Program-made: the position numbers and the translations under genes | Origin: Bacilli bacterium | GTDB lineage: Bacteria > Bacillota_I > Bacilli_A > RF39 > UBA660 | Length of the DNA: 64,000 nt | Direction of reading: 5' to 3' | NCBI GenBank assembly: GCA_017544165.1 | Contig: JAFYER010000009.1 | Location: 10,401-74,400 of the forward strand | Notes under the pieces: model-generated | Databases searched by the model: none | What the model saw: the letters and a program-made list of their open reading frames with translations, nothing else | Told to the model about the DNA's origin: nothing | Shown: positions 9,917 through 20,263 of the stretch, one piece after another | Position numbering within the stretch: the stretch's first letter is position 1 | Layout: every line of letters begins with the position of its first letter

Positions 9917-12077
9917 ATGATCCGTCCTCCATTTCTATTATATCATCATCGTTATCTAACAAACGATACGTTTCTTTTATTTCCTCAATCATTTTATGTG
10001 ATTCCATAGAATTCATTGCAATTCTTCCAAATTCTGTTAGTCTATTTAATTCGTTTTTAACTAATCTCTTTTCTGAACGAATTTCATCATCAGTAAGACC
10101 AGAGATATCTTCTAACCTTCTAGGCAAAGTAATAAAGTCATATATTTCAGCAAAATCTTTGCCTTCCATTTTTCTTAAAACTCTACCTCTTCGTTGTATA
10201 TATTCTTTTGGATTAGTTGTACTTGCTAAAATAAATGCTGTTTTAATTGCCGGAATATTAACGCCTTCATCAAGACATTTAATAGCTACTAAAGCTTGCA
10301 AACTTTTACCATCAGCAAATTTTTCTTTAATTATCGCTCTTGTCTTAGGATCTTCTCTTGAAGTGAACCTGTGTACCTTCATATCAAACTGATTTCCTAA
10401 CATTCTGGTTATTACGTCAATTTGTTTTATATCTTCACCATTTTCATCCTGTTCATCTACTCTTGCAGAGCCACAATATACAAGTATATAATTATCATCT
10501 TTATATGGTTTAATGTAGTGAGCTAATGTTTCAATTTTGTTATACGCTCCCGCTATTATTCTTGCTCTTGCTCTAACCAACTTTTCTCCATAATCATTTA
10601 ATTTATTTTTACCATTCTTTTTAATAATACATTTTGCAATTTCTCTTGAAATAGCGTGATATTTTTCTAATTCTTCATCGGTTAATGTAACAATTATTGG
10701 ATAGTATCTATACTTAGTTAAAAATTTTCCTTCAATTGCTTCTTCTAAAGTATAAATAATACATTTTTTTTGAAAATAATTGGTTAATGTTTCAGTTCCT
10801 TCTTCATCTCCGTGTCTTTCAAATGTAGCTGAAAGGGCTAATCTGTATTTAAATCTATCATCAAGTGTTCTTAATAATGTTGGTGAACCAAAATTATGTG
10901 CTTCATCAACTATTAATAATACATTGCCTTTTAATTTGGAAATTTCAGCTTGAATTTCTGGACTACTATATGTCGCATTTGTCGATATAAAACAGAAGAA
11001 ATCTTTTACCCCCAGGTTAAAATCTAACACTGCTTTTTTTAATCTTTGTTTAAAATCTTTTTGTGGTGAGCCACCATATCCAATAATTGGCGACATATTA
11101 AATCCAATAATATCTTCAACCCACTGATTCACAAGATGAATCTGCGGACATGCAATAAATACTGATAGTTTTCCATCACATTTTTCGTATAATTTACAAA
11201 TAGAAGCTAGACCAGTGTATGTTTTTCCTGTTCCAGTTGCCATATCATATATTCCAATATAATTATTTTTTGCCCATTCATCAATTGCTCTTTCTTGATA
11301 TGGAAATAATTTTTTCCCAAATGGGATTCTCGGAATATTTGTAGTAAAATTTTCATCTGCCGACATTTTGCTCAATTCTTCTTCTGCATCAATTTGCCAA
11401 TTTACTTTATCCTTTTTATAGGACAATATTTTATCAATAGGTGCAGCTGGGAAATCAAAAACTCTAGCATTCAAATCAACATTATTCCATAATTGGTCAA
11501 AATATTTTTCTTTTCCTTCAACTCTATCTAAATCATCCCATGAAGTAAATACATCAAATGATTCATAATTATCATTAAAGGCTGTTTTTGTTTCATTCAT
11601 AGATCCGGAAAACGCTACAATATTACCTTCTTTGTCATAAAACAGACCTTGTTTTTCATGATACAAGCCTAATTTATATTGATTATTAACTGAATATGCA
11701 ATTTTAATATCTAGTTTCCCCATTGCAATTAAATTTGCAAGCATATTCAATCTTTCTTCTTCATAATAATTTTGTGGTTCTGTTATACCATTTAATAGTG
11801 CCTCTGTTTCTACTTCAACTCTATTTTTATATCCAAGATTAATAGCATTTAGATCATCATCAGAAATAACTGGAGATACAATTAACTGTATTTTCCCATC
11901 ATTTTTTATCAATTCAGAAATACCGTAAGATAATTCAACCAAAGATGAAGAAGAGAAAAAACCAACACTTCTTTTATACAATTTTGATTCTTTAAGTAAA
12001 GGAATATAAAAATTTTTAATTACATTATCACCGGGTGTTCTATAATCTTTTTTCAAATAAACATTTAAGAAACTCAC
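9909..12077 (-). CDS. PLD(HKD)-nuclease plus SF2 helicase fusion (PbeA-like phosphorothioation-associated restriction enzyme)
   Basis: N-terminal YHEKQG...FSGSMNET (PLD); MATGTGKT, DEAH, LSAT, LDEGVNIP, IQRRGRVLR helicase motifs. Confidence 0.85.
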   Translation of the reverse strand: MSFLNVYLKKDYRTPGDNVIKNFYIPLLKESKLYKRSVGFFSSSSLVELSYGISELIKNDGKIQLIVSPVISDDDLNAINLGYKNRVEVETEALLNGITEPQNYYEEERLNMLANLIAMGKLDIKIAYSVNNQYKLGLYHEKQGLFYDKEGNIVAFSGSMNETKTAFNDNYESFDVFTSWDDLDRVEGKEKYFDQLWNNVDLNARVFDFPAAPIDKILSYKKDKVNWQIDAEEELSKMSADENFTTNIPRIPFGKKLFPYQERAIDEWAKNNYIGIYDMATGTGKTYTGLASICKLYEKCDGKLSVFIACPQIHLVNQWVEDIIGFNMSPIIGYGGSPQKDFKQRLKKAVLDFNLGVKDFFCFISTNATYSSPEIQAEISKLKGNVLLIVDEAHNFGSPTLLRTLDDRFKYRLALSATFERHGDEEGTETLTNYFQKKCIIYTLEEAIEGKFLTKYRYYPIIVTLTDEELEKYHAISREIAKCIIKKNGKNKLNDYGEKLVRARARIIAGAYNKIETLAHYIKPYKDDNYILVYCGSARVDEQDENGEDIKQIDVITRMLGNQFDMKVHRFTSREDPKTRAIIKEKFADGKSLQALVAIKCLDEGVNIPAIKTAFILASTTNPKEYIQRRGRVLRKMEGKDFAEIYDFITLPRRLEDISGLTDDEIRSEKRLVKNELNRLTEFGRIAMNSMESHKMIEEIKETYRLLDNDDDIIEMEDGSYE

Positions 12078-12088
12078 TAATACACCTC

Positions 12089-13219
12089 CTATAGTGTCTT
12101 TAATGCTGATATAAGATAATCTATATCTTCAAAAGTATTGAAATAGTTCAAACTAATTCTTACAGTACCATTATACATCTTTGAACCAATAAAGTCATGA
12201 ACCAGTGGTGCACAGTGAAATCCCGTTCTAACAGCAATATCAAATTCATCATTTAATATTGACCCTACCTCATCAGCACTATATTTATCAATTCCAATAG
12301 AAACCACACCAAATATTTTATTCTCATAATCTTCAGGTAAATATAATTTAACATTGTTTAATTGTTTTAAACTATTAATTAAATAATGTGTAGCATCTAA
12401 TTCTTTTTCATAAACTTTTGTTTTTTGTAACCAATCAATGCTTGCATTCAATCCTGAGATTGCAACAATATTTGGACTACCTGCCTCATACGCCATATGA
12501 CCATTATCTGGCATATTAGGATTCATTGTATCTGAACCGTTTCCACCAAAAATAAATTTATTTAACTCAACTGTATTTTTCTTAACAAATCCGGCAATTC
12601 CAAATGATGCATATAATGATTTATGCCCTGCAAAAACCAAAAAGTCAATGTTACTATTATTTTCTACTTCTACAACTCCAAACGCTTGTGACGAATCAAG
12701 TAAATTAATTGAATTATATTTTTTACCTAATGAGAATATATTTTTGTATGGAAGTATTAAACCTGTAACATTACTTATATGTGATATAAAAATTGCTTTT
12801 GGTCTATTAATTGCAAACATATTCTCCAGCATATTATAATCTGGAATCCACGATTCTGTATTGAAAGGTATCGTTAATACATTTAATTCATATTTGTTTT
12901 TTACAACTTCAAGTGCCCTTATTATTGAATTATGCTCAAATGGTGAAATATAAATATTATCGCCCTTATTATAATTTAATCCTAATATTATATCGTTTAA
13001 TGATTGTGTCGCCGAAGATGTAAAAATAACATCAGCATCTTTCATATTACTTATTTTTCTTATTTTTTCTCTGACATTTTCAATTAATACAGAACCATTA
13101 GCTGCAACTTTATAACTGCCCCTTCCAGTATTAAATGCATTTCTATTTGCTTTATCTAAAGCATCTAAGACTTCATTAGGTTTAGGAAATGTTGTTGCAG
13201 CATTATCTAAATAAATCAT
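12089..13219 (-). CDS. Cysteine desulfurase (SspA/DndA role)
   Basis: IYLDNAATT, EHNS, PLP lysine in FAGHKSL, catalytic Cys in RTGFHCAP; located in a PT operon. Confidence 0.9.
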   Translation of the reverse strand: MIYLDNAATTFPKPNEVLDALDKANRNAFNTGRGSYKVAANGSVLIENVREKIRKISNMKDADVIFTSSATQSLNDIILGLNYNKGDNIYISPFEHNSIIRALEVVKNKYELNVLTIPFNTESWIPDYNMLENMFAINRPKAIFISHISNVTGLILPYKNIFSLGKKYNSINLLDSSQAFGVVEVENNSNIDFLVFAGHKSLYASFGIAGFVKKNTVELNKFIFGGNGSDTMNPNMPDNGHMAYEAGSPNIVAISGLNASIDWLQKTKVYEKELDATHYLINSLKQLNNVKLYLPEDYENKIFGVVSIGIDKYSADEVGSILNDEFDIAVRTGFHCAPLVHDFIGSKMYNGTVRISLNYFNTFEDIDYLISALKTL

Positions 13220-13231
13220 ATTTCACCACCT

Positions 13232-16200
13232 TTACATAAATTTTTTCATTATATTTAGCAGTATATTAACCTTCTCCTCTTCACTTATTGAGCTTCCATA
13301 CTCATCAATTATCTCTTCAATATTGTTTTTCATTGTTTTTCCTAACGCAGAAATATTATCAGAAGATGTTAAATTCTTTTCTATCGTTTTATCATTATTC
13401 ACAACTATAATTCTTTGTGAATTATCTTCCATATTAGTTTTATCATTTAACTTAGCAATTGTACTTTTAAAGTTTGAAATATACTCATCCTTTTGATTTG
13501 CTTGCCAATCTTCTACGTAGAAAGAAGTAAATATTTTTGATAATTTTTCAATGACGTCATGTTCGTCATGTGTGTTAAGATTATCTAAATAATCAATAAA
13601 GTTTCTCGTTTTAATATCATAAATATTATTCTTTATTGATTTATCAAGTTCTTTATTACACTCCATTAATAAAGTGCTTAAACTTCCTTTATATTTAGAA
13701 TTTATTAACTCTTTAGTATCTATTATCAATTTTTCAAGATAATTAGAAATATAGCTATCAAACGAATTTTTCATCACTGTTATTTTTTCAACAATCTCAT
13801 TTTTATTTTTTTCATTAAATATGTTTGGAAGTGCTACAAATAAGAACTCGTTATTGTTTATATCTGGTCTTAATAACTCTGATTTAACTTTTATATACTC
13901 ATCTATTATATTATTTTCAGCATCCGGGATATTCATTTCCCTAATTATTCTAGGTAAACCAAATATCCACTTTTTCATAGAGTCAATTAGTTCAACCACA
14001 TTTAATCTTATATTTGAATTTATATTTTGAACTCCGAATATTTTTTCTAAAGAATTAACATATTCAATTCGATCTACTGTACCTTTTTCAGTTAATATAT
14101 AATAATTATCAGGATTATCATTTATTTTTACTAAGTTAATAGAATTTAATTCTATTTCTCTATTCATATAATAAAAGATAATATTATCAGAATAATCTCT
14201 AATAGCTAATGCAACAAGAACAGGAATTGTCCCAAATCTCATTGAATATGGTTTTGAACAAATTGTTTTATACAAATCTTTAAATGACTTTTTATTATTA
14301 TCAGTTGATTGAATAAACTGTTTTATTATTTCAATAATACTTTTTATTGATTCGGTTTCACTCTTATCAACAATGGCTTTATATATAGTAGCCTCAGCAC
14401 TTGTTTTACTCTTAATTAGATCATAATTGTTTTCTAATATTGATTCTATTACAATTTCTCTAGCTTTTTTAATTGGAGCGGATAAATCATTTTTATTAAT
14501 TAGTTCATTATTAATTATTGGTGTCAGTGAATATACTGATTCACAAATACTAGATAATATAGAACTTAAATTTTTCTTTTTGCTATTTTTTTGATTAAGA
14601 TAAACATATTCTAGTATATTATCATCAGAAAAATAATACTTATAAGCATCTTTTACTGCATTTACTAATTCATTTTTCATTAATTCCAATTCAGACATAA
14701 CATCTTCATCATTATAATTGTTATTAATTAAATAATTAACTGCTTCATACTCTTTTAACAATGATAAGAAATTTTTCTTAAAAGCAAGTTTAGATATTTT
14801 TAATACTGCTCTATCATCACTAATACTTCTGAAATGATTAATTATTTCATCAATGTTTTTAGATGTTCTAATCAAATTTAAGACTATTCCATCTGATGAA
14901 TCCTGATTGTGAAAAATATCAAAGCTACTCATGTTCATTATTTCACTTTCACTAATAAATATATTAGTAAAGTATCGTGTCATTTTATATTCTTCATTAA
15001 ATCTTCTTGGTAAAGAATAAAATCTTCCTATAATTTTATCTAAAACACCTTTCTCATTTATATCAGAGAATTGATTATTAACAAGTTCCTTAATATCAGA
15101 AGTTAATTGCTTACTATACATAGTTGCAAAGTCTAAATCATCAGTTATTTTTTTCTTTCTAAGATAACTTTTTTCAAGTAACTCATCCAATGCTTTATTA
15201 AAACTTTTTTCGCTCATGTCTAGAGACAATCTTACTGTTTCAACATTAGTATTTAATTCATCTAATTCATTTATCATAAAAATAATTGAAACTGATTTAA
15301 TAATTCTTTGAGCGTCTACAGATATATTTTTCCTTAAAATGTTAGTTGCTTTATACCAAATATCTTTAATTTTTGAATCTACAGTACTTTTAAATAATGA
15401 TTCAAAATAATCATAAACTTTATCAATATTAAATAATCCAGTACTATTTGTTTTTACAAAACTTTTCAAACTATTTGAATCATCATCTGTTAAAAATGTA
15501 AATAAAGTTCTTTCATTCTGTGCAATTTTTTCTGATAATTCTATTAAAGAATATGTCGTCACAGGATTTAACGGAAAACACCCTTTAAATAAAATTTGTT
15601 CTATATCAACAGTATTATTAAATATGGTTAAATCTTTTAAAGAAAGATAAGTAGAAGCATTTTTGTTTAAATATTCCTCATAGAAGTCGTCAAAACCTTT
15701 TTGTTTTTCCAATGCATAAGAAACAATTTCATAATTTTGCTCCATGCTTCTGTTAAAATAAATATTTTTAAATCTTCCTTCAACAGTTTTATAAGCATTA
15801 ATTTTGTCTTGATCATCATCATTGACATATTCACTCATACCTTTATGAGTTATACAGCTTAAATAAATTTGCTCACTTTTTCCTGTTCTATTTGCTAGTT
15901 CAGCAAAATCTTGGAGAATTTTCAAATCCTTCATTATAGAATTTGAATCACTAACATCTAAGAACTTGCTAAATTCATCAAAAGCAATAAATATTCCAGT
16001 ATATCCTTTTGAGTCTAATAGATGTGTAATATCTTTAAAATTTTTAATAATATCATTGTTTACTAATGGATTAAAAGATTGACCATGTGTAATACATTCA
16101 TATACATTTTTAAAAACGTCATATGCCTTTTTGTCATATTTTTTTAAACCTTTTTCAAGTTTATCAAATGTTGTATTGCTGTCAGTAAAACATTTTTTTA

Positions 16201-16726
16201 AACTTCCGTTTATTTCAGAATGATTTTGATGCCAATCAATTAGTATATTACGTGCGACATCAAATGACGTATCAATTACAATATCATTTATGCCTACTCT
16301 CTCTAATGCATCATTTATTCCCAGCATAAATGCTTGATTCAAATCGTCATAATTACTATTAATAATAATTGGTAACAATTTCAATTCATTATTTCTAACA
16401 TTAGATAACAAACCAAATAATTCTAAATCTATTTTTTTTATTTTTTCTAATAATTCATTAATAACCTTCTTATCAGATAAATCATAATCGGATAAAAGCA
16501 TTAATAATACAAGTAATAAATGTGACTTTCCTTTTCCGTATGGTCCTATTAGAGATGTAGCTCTATTTTTACCATTTAAAATGCTATTAACATAAAATTT
16601 AATTATTTCACAACCATCTTTTGTAGGAATGTAATTTCTGATTTTATCTATGTTATTTAAATCAAATTGTAAATTAACTGAATATTGAAAATTCTCATTT
16701 ACTTTAATATAGTCATGATATTTCAT
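13232..16726 (-). CDS. Large P-loop ATPase (SspC/BrxC-like)
   Basis: FQYSVNL N-terminus, Walker A GPYGKGKS, Walker B FDEFSKFLD, CFPLNP, AQNERTLFTFL; follows a DUF4007 gene. Confidence 0.75.
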   Translation of the reverse strand: MKYHDYIKVNENFQYSVNLQFDLNNIDKIRNYIPTKDGCEIIKFYVNSILNGKNRATSLIGPYGKGKSHLLLVLLMLLSDYDLSDKKVINELLEKIKKIDLELFGLLSNVRNNELKLLPIIINSNYDDLNQAFMLGINDALERVGINDIVIDTSFDVARNILIDWHQNHSEINGSLKKCFTDSNTTFDKLEKGLKKYDKKAYDVFKNVYECITHGQSFNPLVNNDIIKNFKDITHLLDSKGYTGIFIAFDEFSKFLDVSDSNSIMKDLKILQDFAELANRTGKSEQIYLSCITHKGMSEYVNDDDQDKINAYKTVEGRFKNIYFNRSMEQNYEIVSYALEKQKGFDDFYEEYLNKNASTYLSLKDLTIFNNTVDIEQILFKGCFPLNPVTTYSLIELSEKIAQNERTLFTFLTDDDSNSLKSFVKTNSTGLFNIDKVYDYFESLFKSTVDSKIKDIWYKATNILRKNISVDAQRIIKSVSIIFMINELDELNTNVETVRLSLDMSEKSFNKALDELLEKSYLRKKKITDDLDFATMYSKQLTSDIKELVNNQFSDINEKGVLDKIIGRFYSLPRRFNEEYKMTRYFTNIFISESEIMNMSSFDIFHNQDSSDGIVLNLIRTSKNIDEIINHFRSISDDRAVLKISKLAFKKNFLSLLKEYEAVNYLINNNYNDEDVMSELELMKNELVNAVKDAYKYYFSDDNILEYVYLNQKNSKKKNLSSILSSICESVYSLTPIINNELINKNDLSAPIKKAREIVIESILENNYDLIKSKTSAEATIYKAIVDKSETESIKSIIEIIKQFIQSTDNNKKSFKDLYKTICSKPYSMRFGTIPVLVALAIRDYSDNIIFYYMNREIELNSINLVKINDNPDNYYILTEKGTVDRIEYVNSLEKIFGVQNINSNIRLNVVELIDSMKKWIFGLPRIIREMNIPDAENNIIDEYIKVKSELLRPDINNNEFLFVALPNIFNEKNKNEIVEKITVMKNSFDSYISNYLEKLIIDTKELINSKYKGSLSTLLMECNKELDKSIKNNIYDIKTRNFIDYLDNLNTHDEHDVIEKLSKIFTSFYVEDWQANQKDEYISNFKSTIAKLNDKTNMEDNSQRIIVVNNDKTIEKNLTSSDNISALGKTMKNNIEEIIDEYGSSISEEEKVNILLNIMKKFM

Positions 16727-16728
16727 AA

Positions 16729-17580
16729 TTACCTCCTATCAAAATATTCACTAAATATATCACTTAATGATAAAACTTTACTCATATAAATCATATTTAA
16801 TCCTGCTGTTCTATTAATTGTAATTAAATCATTTCTTCTCATGTCGTCTAAATAATCATTAAGTAAATTTTTATCTAAATTTAACAATCTTGATGGACTA
16901 TTCTGTACCTTCAATAATTCATCAATGCTAATATATTCCCTTCCATCTAATATTTTTAATATTAAGAAATATACTACCAAGAAATTCAAATTTCTATAAT
17001 TTGGTTTTAATAATTCATAATTATCCTTGCTAATTCTATTTAATAATTCCAAATCCGCTAAAGGACAATTAAAATTGTTTTCAGGATTATCAGTTGAACT
17101 ATCAACTACATATGTTTTAATAATCATGTTAATTTCATCAACTAATATTTTGTCATTATATTCTAATCTTTTTGTCTCTAAAACATTAGAAACAATATTA
17201 AATACTTCTTCCTTTGAAAAGTTTTTGGATAAAATTTTATTAAAGAATAAATTTCCAACATAGAAGTCGTCTTCATTTAACAATAAATTAATGTGAATCA
17301 TCCACCAAGTGAACTCATCTTCCATATATGGATCATATTCTAAAATCAAGTTACCAAACTCAGTTATTTTTATACTATTTTTTTCATCTTTGATTAAATT
17401 AGTAGCATATAACCAATATTTCAAGGATTTAACCATATTAGTACCAATACCTAAGGCATCTGTAGCATCATCCATAGAAAATACTCTACTATTATTTTTT
17501 ACCGCTAATAATCCCTTAGATAGCCAGCCCTCTCTAATTGAAAAGCTTTCATGTCGTTTCATTTTTACCTTATTTATCAT
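16729..17580 (-). CDS. DUF4007 family protein (SspB-like)
   Basis: RHESFSIREGWLSKG, LGIGTNMVKSLKYWL, YDPYMEDEFTWWMIH, C-terminal RTAGLN. Confidence 0.85.
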   Translation of the reverse strand: MINKVKMKRHESFSIREGWLSKGLLAVKNNSRVFSMDDATDALGIGTNMVKSLKYWLYATNLIKDEKNSIKITEFGNLILEYDPYMEDEFTWWMIHINLLLNEDDFYVGNLFFNKILSKNFSKEEVFNIVSNVLETKRLEYNDKILVDEINMIIKTYVVDSSTDNPENNFNCPLADLELLNRISKDNYELLKPNYRNLNFLVVYFLILKILDGREYISIDELLKVQNSPSRLLNLDKNLLNDYLDDMRRNDLITINRTAGLNMIYMSKVLSLSDIFSEYFDRR

Positions 17581-17582
17581 AT

Positions 17583-19337
17583 TTATTCACCGTCACTTTT
17601 CGTCCTTAATACTTTCTTTAAATAACAACCACCTGAAAAATGCGAAACACACTCTAAACATCCAACACATTTTTTTTCGTCAATCAAGTAAGTAATATCA
17701 TTATCATTATTGTTTCTTGCTGAAATAGCATTATGTTTACAAACACTTTCACATGCCCTACATGCTAAACAAGTTTGATACTTTGTTATCTGATATTTAA
17801 TATACATTTCTATATATTTTTGATTTTTTATGTTTTTAGGCATGTTCAAAATTGATATTTTCACAATTTTGTCACCTATTTTTCCTTTAATTTTTAATAT
17901 TGGTTGTTTATTAGCCCTATTTAAGACATATACTTCCCCTAATCTTTTATTTCCTATATTAAAGTCTAAAATACCAAATGGTTTAAAAAGTTCATATAAA
18001 GTAGTTGTAATAGATCTATTTAATTCAAAATTCAATGTATTTTCTTCTAAAACACAAGGTTTAAATGAAATAATTGCATTTTTGCTATAATCTAATCCAT
18101 TTCCCCCTTGACGAGCTTTCCAGCCTCCAGTACTTACATACTCCTCAGGATCTGGTTTTCCAACCTGTTTTGCAAAATCTATAAGAATTTTGTGAAATTC
18201 AGTATATTCTTTATTCATATAAATATGTGATAAAAACTCAGACCAATATCCGTTATTAGGACAGCACCAGCAGCCAACTCTCGAGAATCCTTTTCTATAT
18301 GCTGGATTAAAAGGTATTTTTTTAGACAATATATACAACCACACATCAAAGTCTAACCAATCAATAATAGGAGCAGCAACCTTTTGTTTTGTTATTTTTG
18401 CCCCATTACTTTCTCTATCATATTTTTTTCTTGCTAAAGATTCATTTCTACGCAAGCCTTGGAAAGATAATATTTTAGTTTTATTCTTAAATGTAGCTTC
18501 AATTTTTCTTGTTAAAGATCCTGTTTTAAAAATTGTACAACACCAGCGCATCATTCTACTTGGCGGCCCAACAATCTTACATAAATCATTAAAATTTTGA
18601 TCTTTATTTTTAGCTACTAATAAAGGTGTGGTTGGATAATATTTTTTAAATTCATCCAAATATACTGCTGTTTCAGGATATTCAAGTGTAGTATCCCCAT
18701 AAAGATGAATAACATTTGGAGTTCCCAATGCATTAATCACTAAATCACTAGTTACAGAAGAGTCCTTACCACCAGAAAATGAAACAAACATAGAATCAAA
18801 ATCATAATCAGCTTTAACATCTTTAATAAAATCATGTGCTTCCGTAACTATATTATTTAATCTAATTTCATTTGCTTTAACAAAATTAACAACGAATGGT
18901 TCGTTATAAAATGAATCAATATATTTCAAATTTTGTTTTTCTAATTCTTCTATTTTTTCTCTAATTGAATCAGCGTCTTTTGTTCTAGCTATTTCTTTTA
19001 AAGATAATTTTATTTTTTTTCCATCTACATAATAATTTCCGCCAGAAGTGCACCAAACAGATTTTCTTGCAAAAGATAATGGTTTATCTAAAATTACTTC
19101 AATCAATAATCTCTCTTCAGGAAATACTGGTCTAATATCTGTCCCAATATATTTTCCCTTTTCTCCGCATAATGGGCAAACTTCTTCATATAAAGGCATG
19201 TTGCAGTGATTACAATAAAATATCTCTGACTTACTCACATATGTTCTTTGATTACAAACAGGACAGGTACTTGTATCACAGATAAGATGATTACAGTTTG
19301 AGCATTCATATTTAATCATTGCCATCACCACCATCAA
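17583..19337 (-). CDS. PAPS-reductase-family ATP pyrophosphatase (SspD/DndC role) with N-terminal Zn ribbons and C-terminal ferredoxin-like domain
   Basis: SFSGGKDS, RWCC, GLRRNES..R, RVGCWCCP; four N-terminal CxxC; C-terminal CLACRACESVC and CVGCLEC. Confidence 0.85.
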   Translation of the reverse strand: MMVVMAMIKYECSNCNHLICDTSTCPVCNQRTYVSKSEIFYCNHCNMPLYEEVCPLCGEKGKYIGTDIRPVFPEERLLIEVILDKPLSFARKSVWCTSGGNYYVDGKKIKLSLKEIARTKDADSIREKIEELEKQNLKYIDSFYNEPFVVNFVKANEIRLNNIVTEAHDFIKDVKADYDFDSMFVSFSGGKDSSVTSDLVINALGTPNVIHLYGDTTLEYPETAVYLDEFKKYYPTTPLLVAKNKDQNFNDLCKIVGPPSRMMRWCCTIFKTGSLTRKIEATFKNKTKILSFQGLRRNESLARKKYDRESNGAKITKQKVAAPIIDWLDFDVWLYILSKKIPFNPAYRKGFSRVGCWCCPNNGYWSEFLSHIYMNKEYTEFHKILIDFAKQVGKPDPEEYVSTGGWKARQGGNGLDYSKNAIISFKPCVLEENTLNFELNRSITTTLYELFKPFGILDFNIGNKRLGEVYVLNRANKQPILKIKGKIGDKIVKISILNMPKNIKNQKYIEMYIKYQITKYQTCLACRACESVCKHNAISARNNNDNDITYLIDEKKCVGCLECVSHFSGGCYLKKVLRTKSDGE

Positions 19338-19782
19338 GTTCTTTTAAAACACTTAAAACAAAGGCAATATTTTCTTCTTTTTGATTCTTTGATTGTTTCT
19401 TCTGAAAATTAAAAAATCTTCTCAATTTTACAACTTTTCCATTATTTTTTAACGATATAATACTATTTCTCACAGATGTAGATACTCCATTAGTAGATAA
19501 TTTATTATTTAACGAGATTTCAACTGCGGTTTTAGGAACTCCGCTAATTAATCCGTACTTTTCTATTAAAGCTTCTTTTGCATTAGGTTTTAAAATATTT
19601 AAACAATCATCAAACGCCTTAATAAATTCCATATAATTTACAACATCAAAAGAAGGATTAATAATGCACTCATAAATGTTTTCTTCTAAAAATCTAAATA
19701 CATAAGTTAAATTATATTTTCGCAAGCGATTTTCTTCAAATAATGCTTTTAACTTTTCTGCAGTGATTCTTACTTCATTCAC
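19312..19782 (-). CDS. Sigma-70 region-4-like HTH protein leading the PT operon (start GTG 19782)
   Basis: RBS GAAAGAGGGA before GTG; LNILKPNAKEALIEKYGLISGVPKTAVEISLNNKLSTNGVS resembles sigma70 r4. Confidence 0.6.
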   Translation of the reverse strand: MNEVRITAEKLKALFEENRLRKYNLTYVFRFLEENIYECIINPSFDVVNYMEFIKAFDDCLNILKPNAKEALIEKYGLISGVPKTAVEISLNNKLSTNGVSTSVRNSIISLKNNGKVVKLRRFFNFQKKQSKNQKEENIAFVLSVLKELDGGDGND

Positions 19783-19821
19783 GCATATCCCTCTTTCTGA
19801 CACTATAAATATTATATCATA

Positions 19822-19867
19822 AAAAACTGGAAAAAATAATTCGATTATATGTTTTTTTCCAGTTTTT
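19822..19867. promoter_or_regulatory. 15-bp-arm inverted repeat upstream of the island operon (operator or hairpin)
   Basis: AAAAACTGGAAAAAA-N16-TTTTTTCCAGTTTTT directly upstream of a minus-strand TGATATAAT (19811-19819). Confidence 0.55.
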
Positions 19868-20139
19868 ATTTTCAATATATTAAAAATTAATTTTTTAGCA
19901 TTGTAAATTTCTATTTTATACTATTTTATAAAGAAAAAATAAAGGTGATAAATATATCACCCTTTCTCACAACAAAAAACATACTTTCTCTTAATAAAAA
20001 CTATCAAGTTAATAGTTTATACCATGAAATATTTTTATACTTTGAAAATATCTTATATAATAATTTATTTTGTCTACTGTTAATAGATTTTACCTATTAG
20101 GTGCAAATAACCGTAGAAAACAATTTATCGCTTATATGA

Positions 20140-20162
20140 TTTGCCACCTAAATGCCACCTAA
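20140..20162. repeat. Right arm-type integrase-binding repeat
   Basis: TTTGCCACCTAAATGCCACCTAA, identical to 6677-6699, about 80 bp inside the right core. Confidence 0.75.
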
Positions 20163-20213
20163 TTCAATTTTTCAAAATAAGCAATGTCTCTCAATCCCTT
20201 TATTTTCAAGCAC

Positions 20214-20244
20214 AAAAAATGAGGAAACATATAATCGTTTCCTC
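20214..20244 (-). terminator. Island-supplied terminator for the flanking gene
   Basis: Minus strand reads GAGGAAAC-GATTATAT-GTTTCCTC-A-TTTTTT. Confidence 0.6.
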
Positions 20245-20263
20245 TTCAGGAGGAAGAGAGCAT

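Larger units (their letters stand above)
6560..20250. mobile_element. Integrated defence island (tyrosine-integrase type, probably immobilised)
   Basis: Core direct repeat CTCTTCAGG at 6560-6568 and 20242-20250. A 23-bp direct repeat TTTGCCACCTAAATGCCACCTAA at 6677-6699 and 20140-20162. Integrase remnant at the left end; co-oriented defence operon inside. Confidence 0.8.

Noticed and set aside
13232-19337. BREX type 4 assignment
   Set aside because: PAPS reductase, DUF4007 and an ATPase are present, but no PglZ or BrxL. A desulfurase and Pbe-like genes fit a PT system better.
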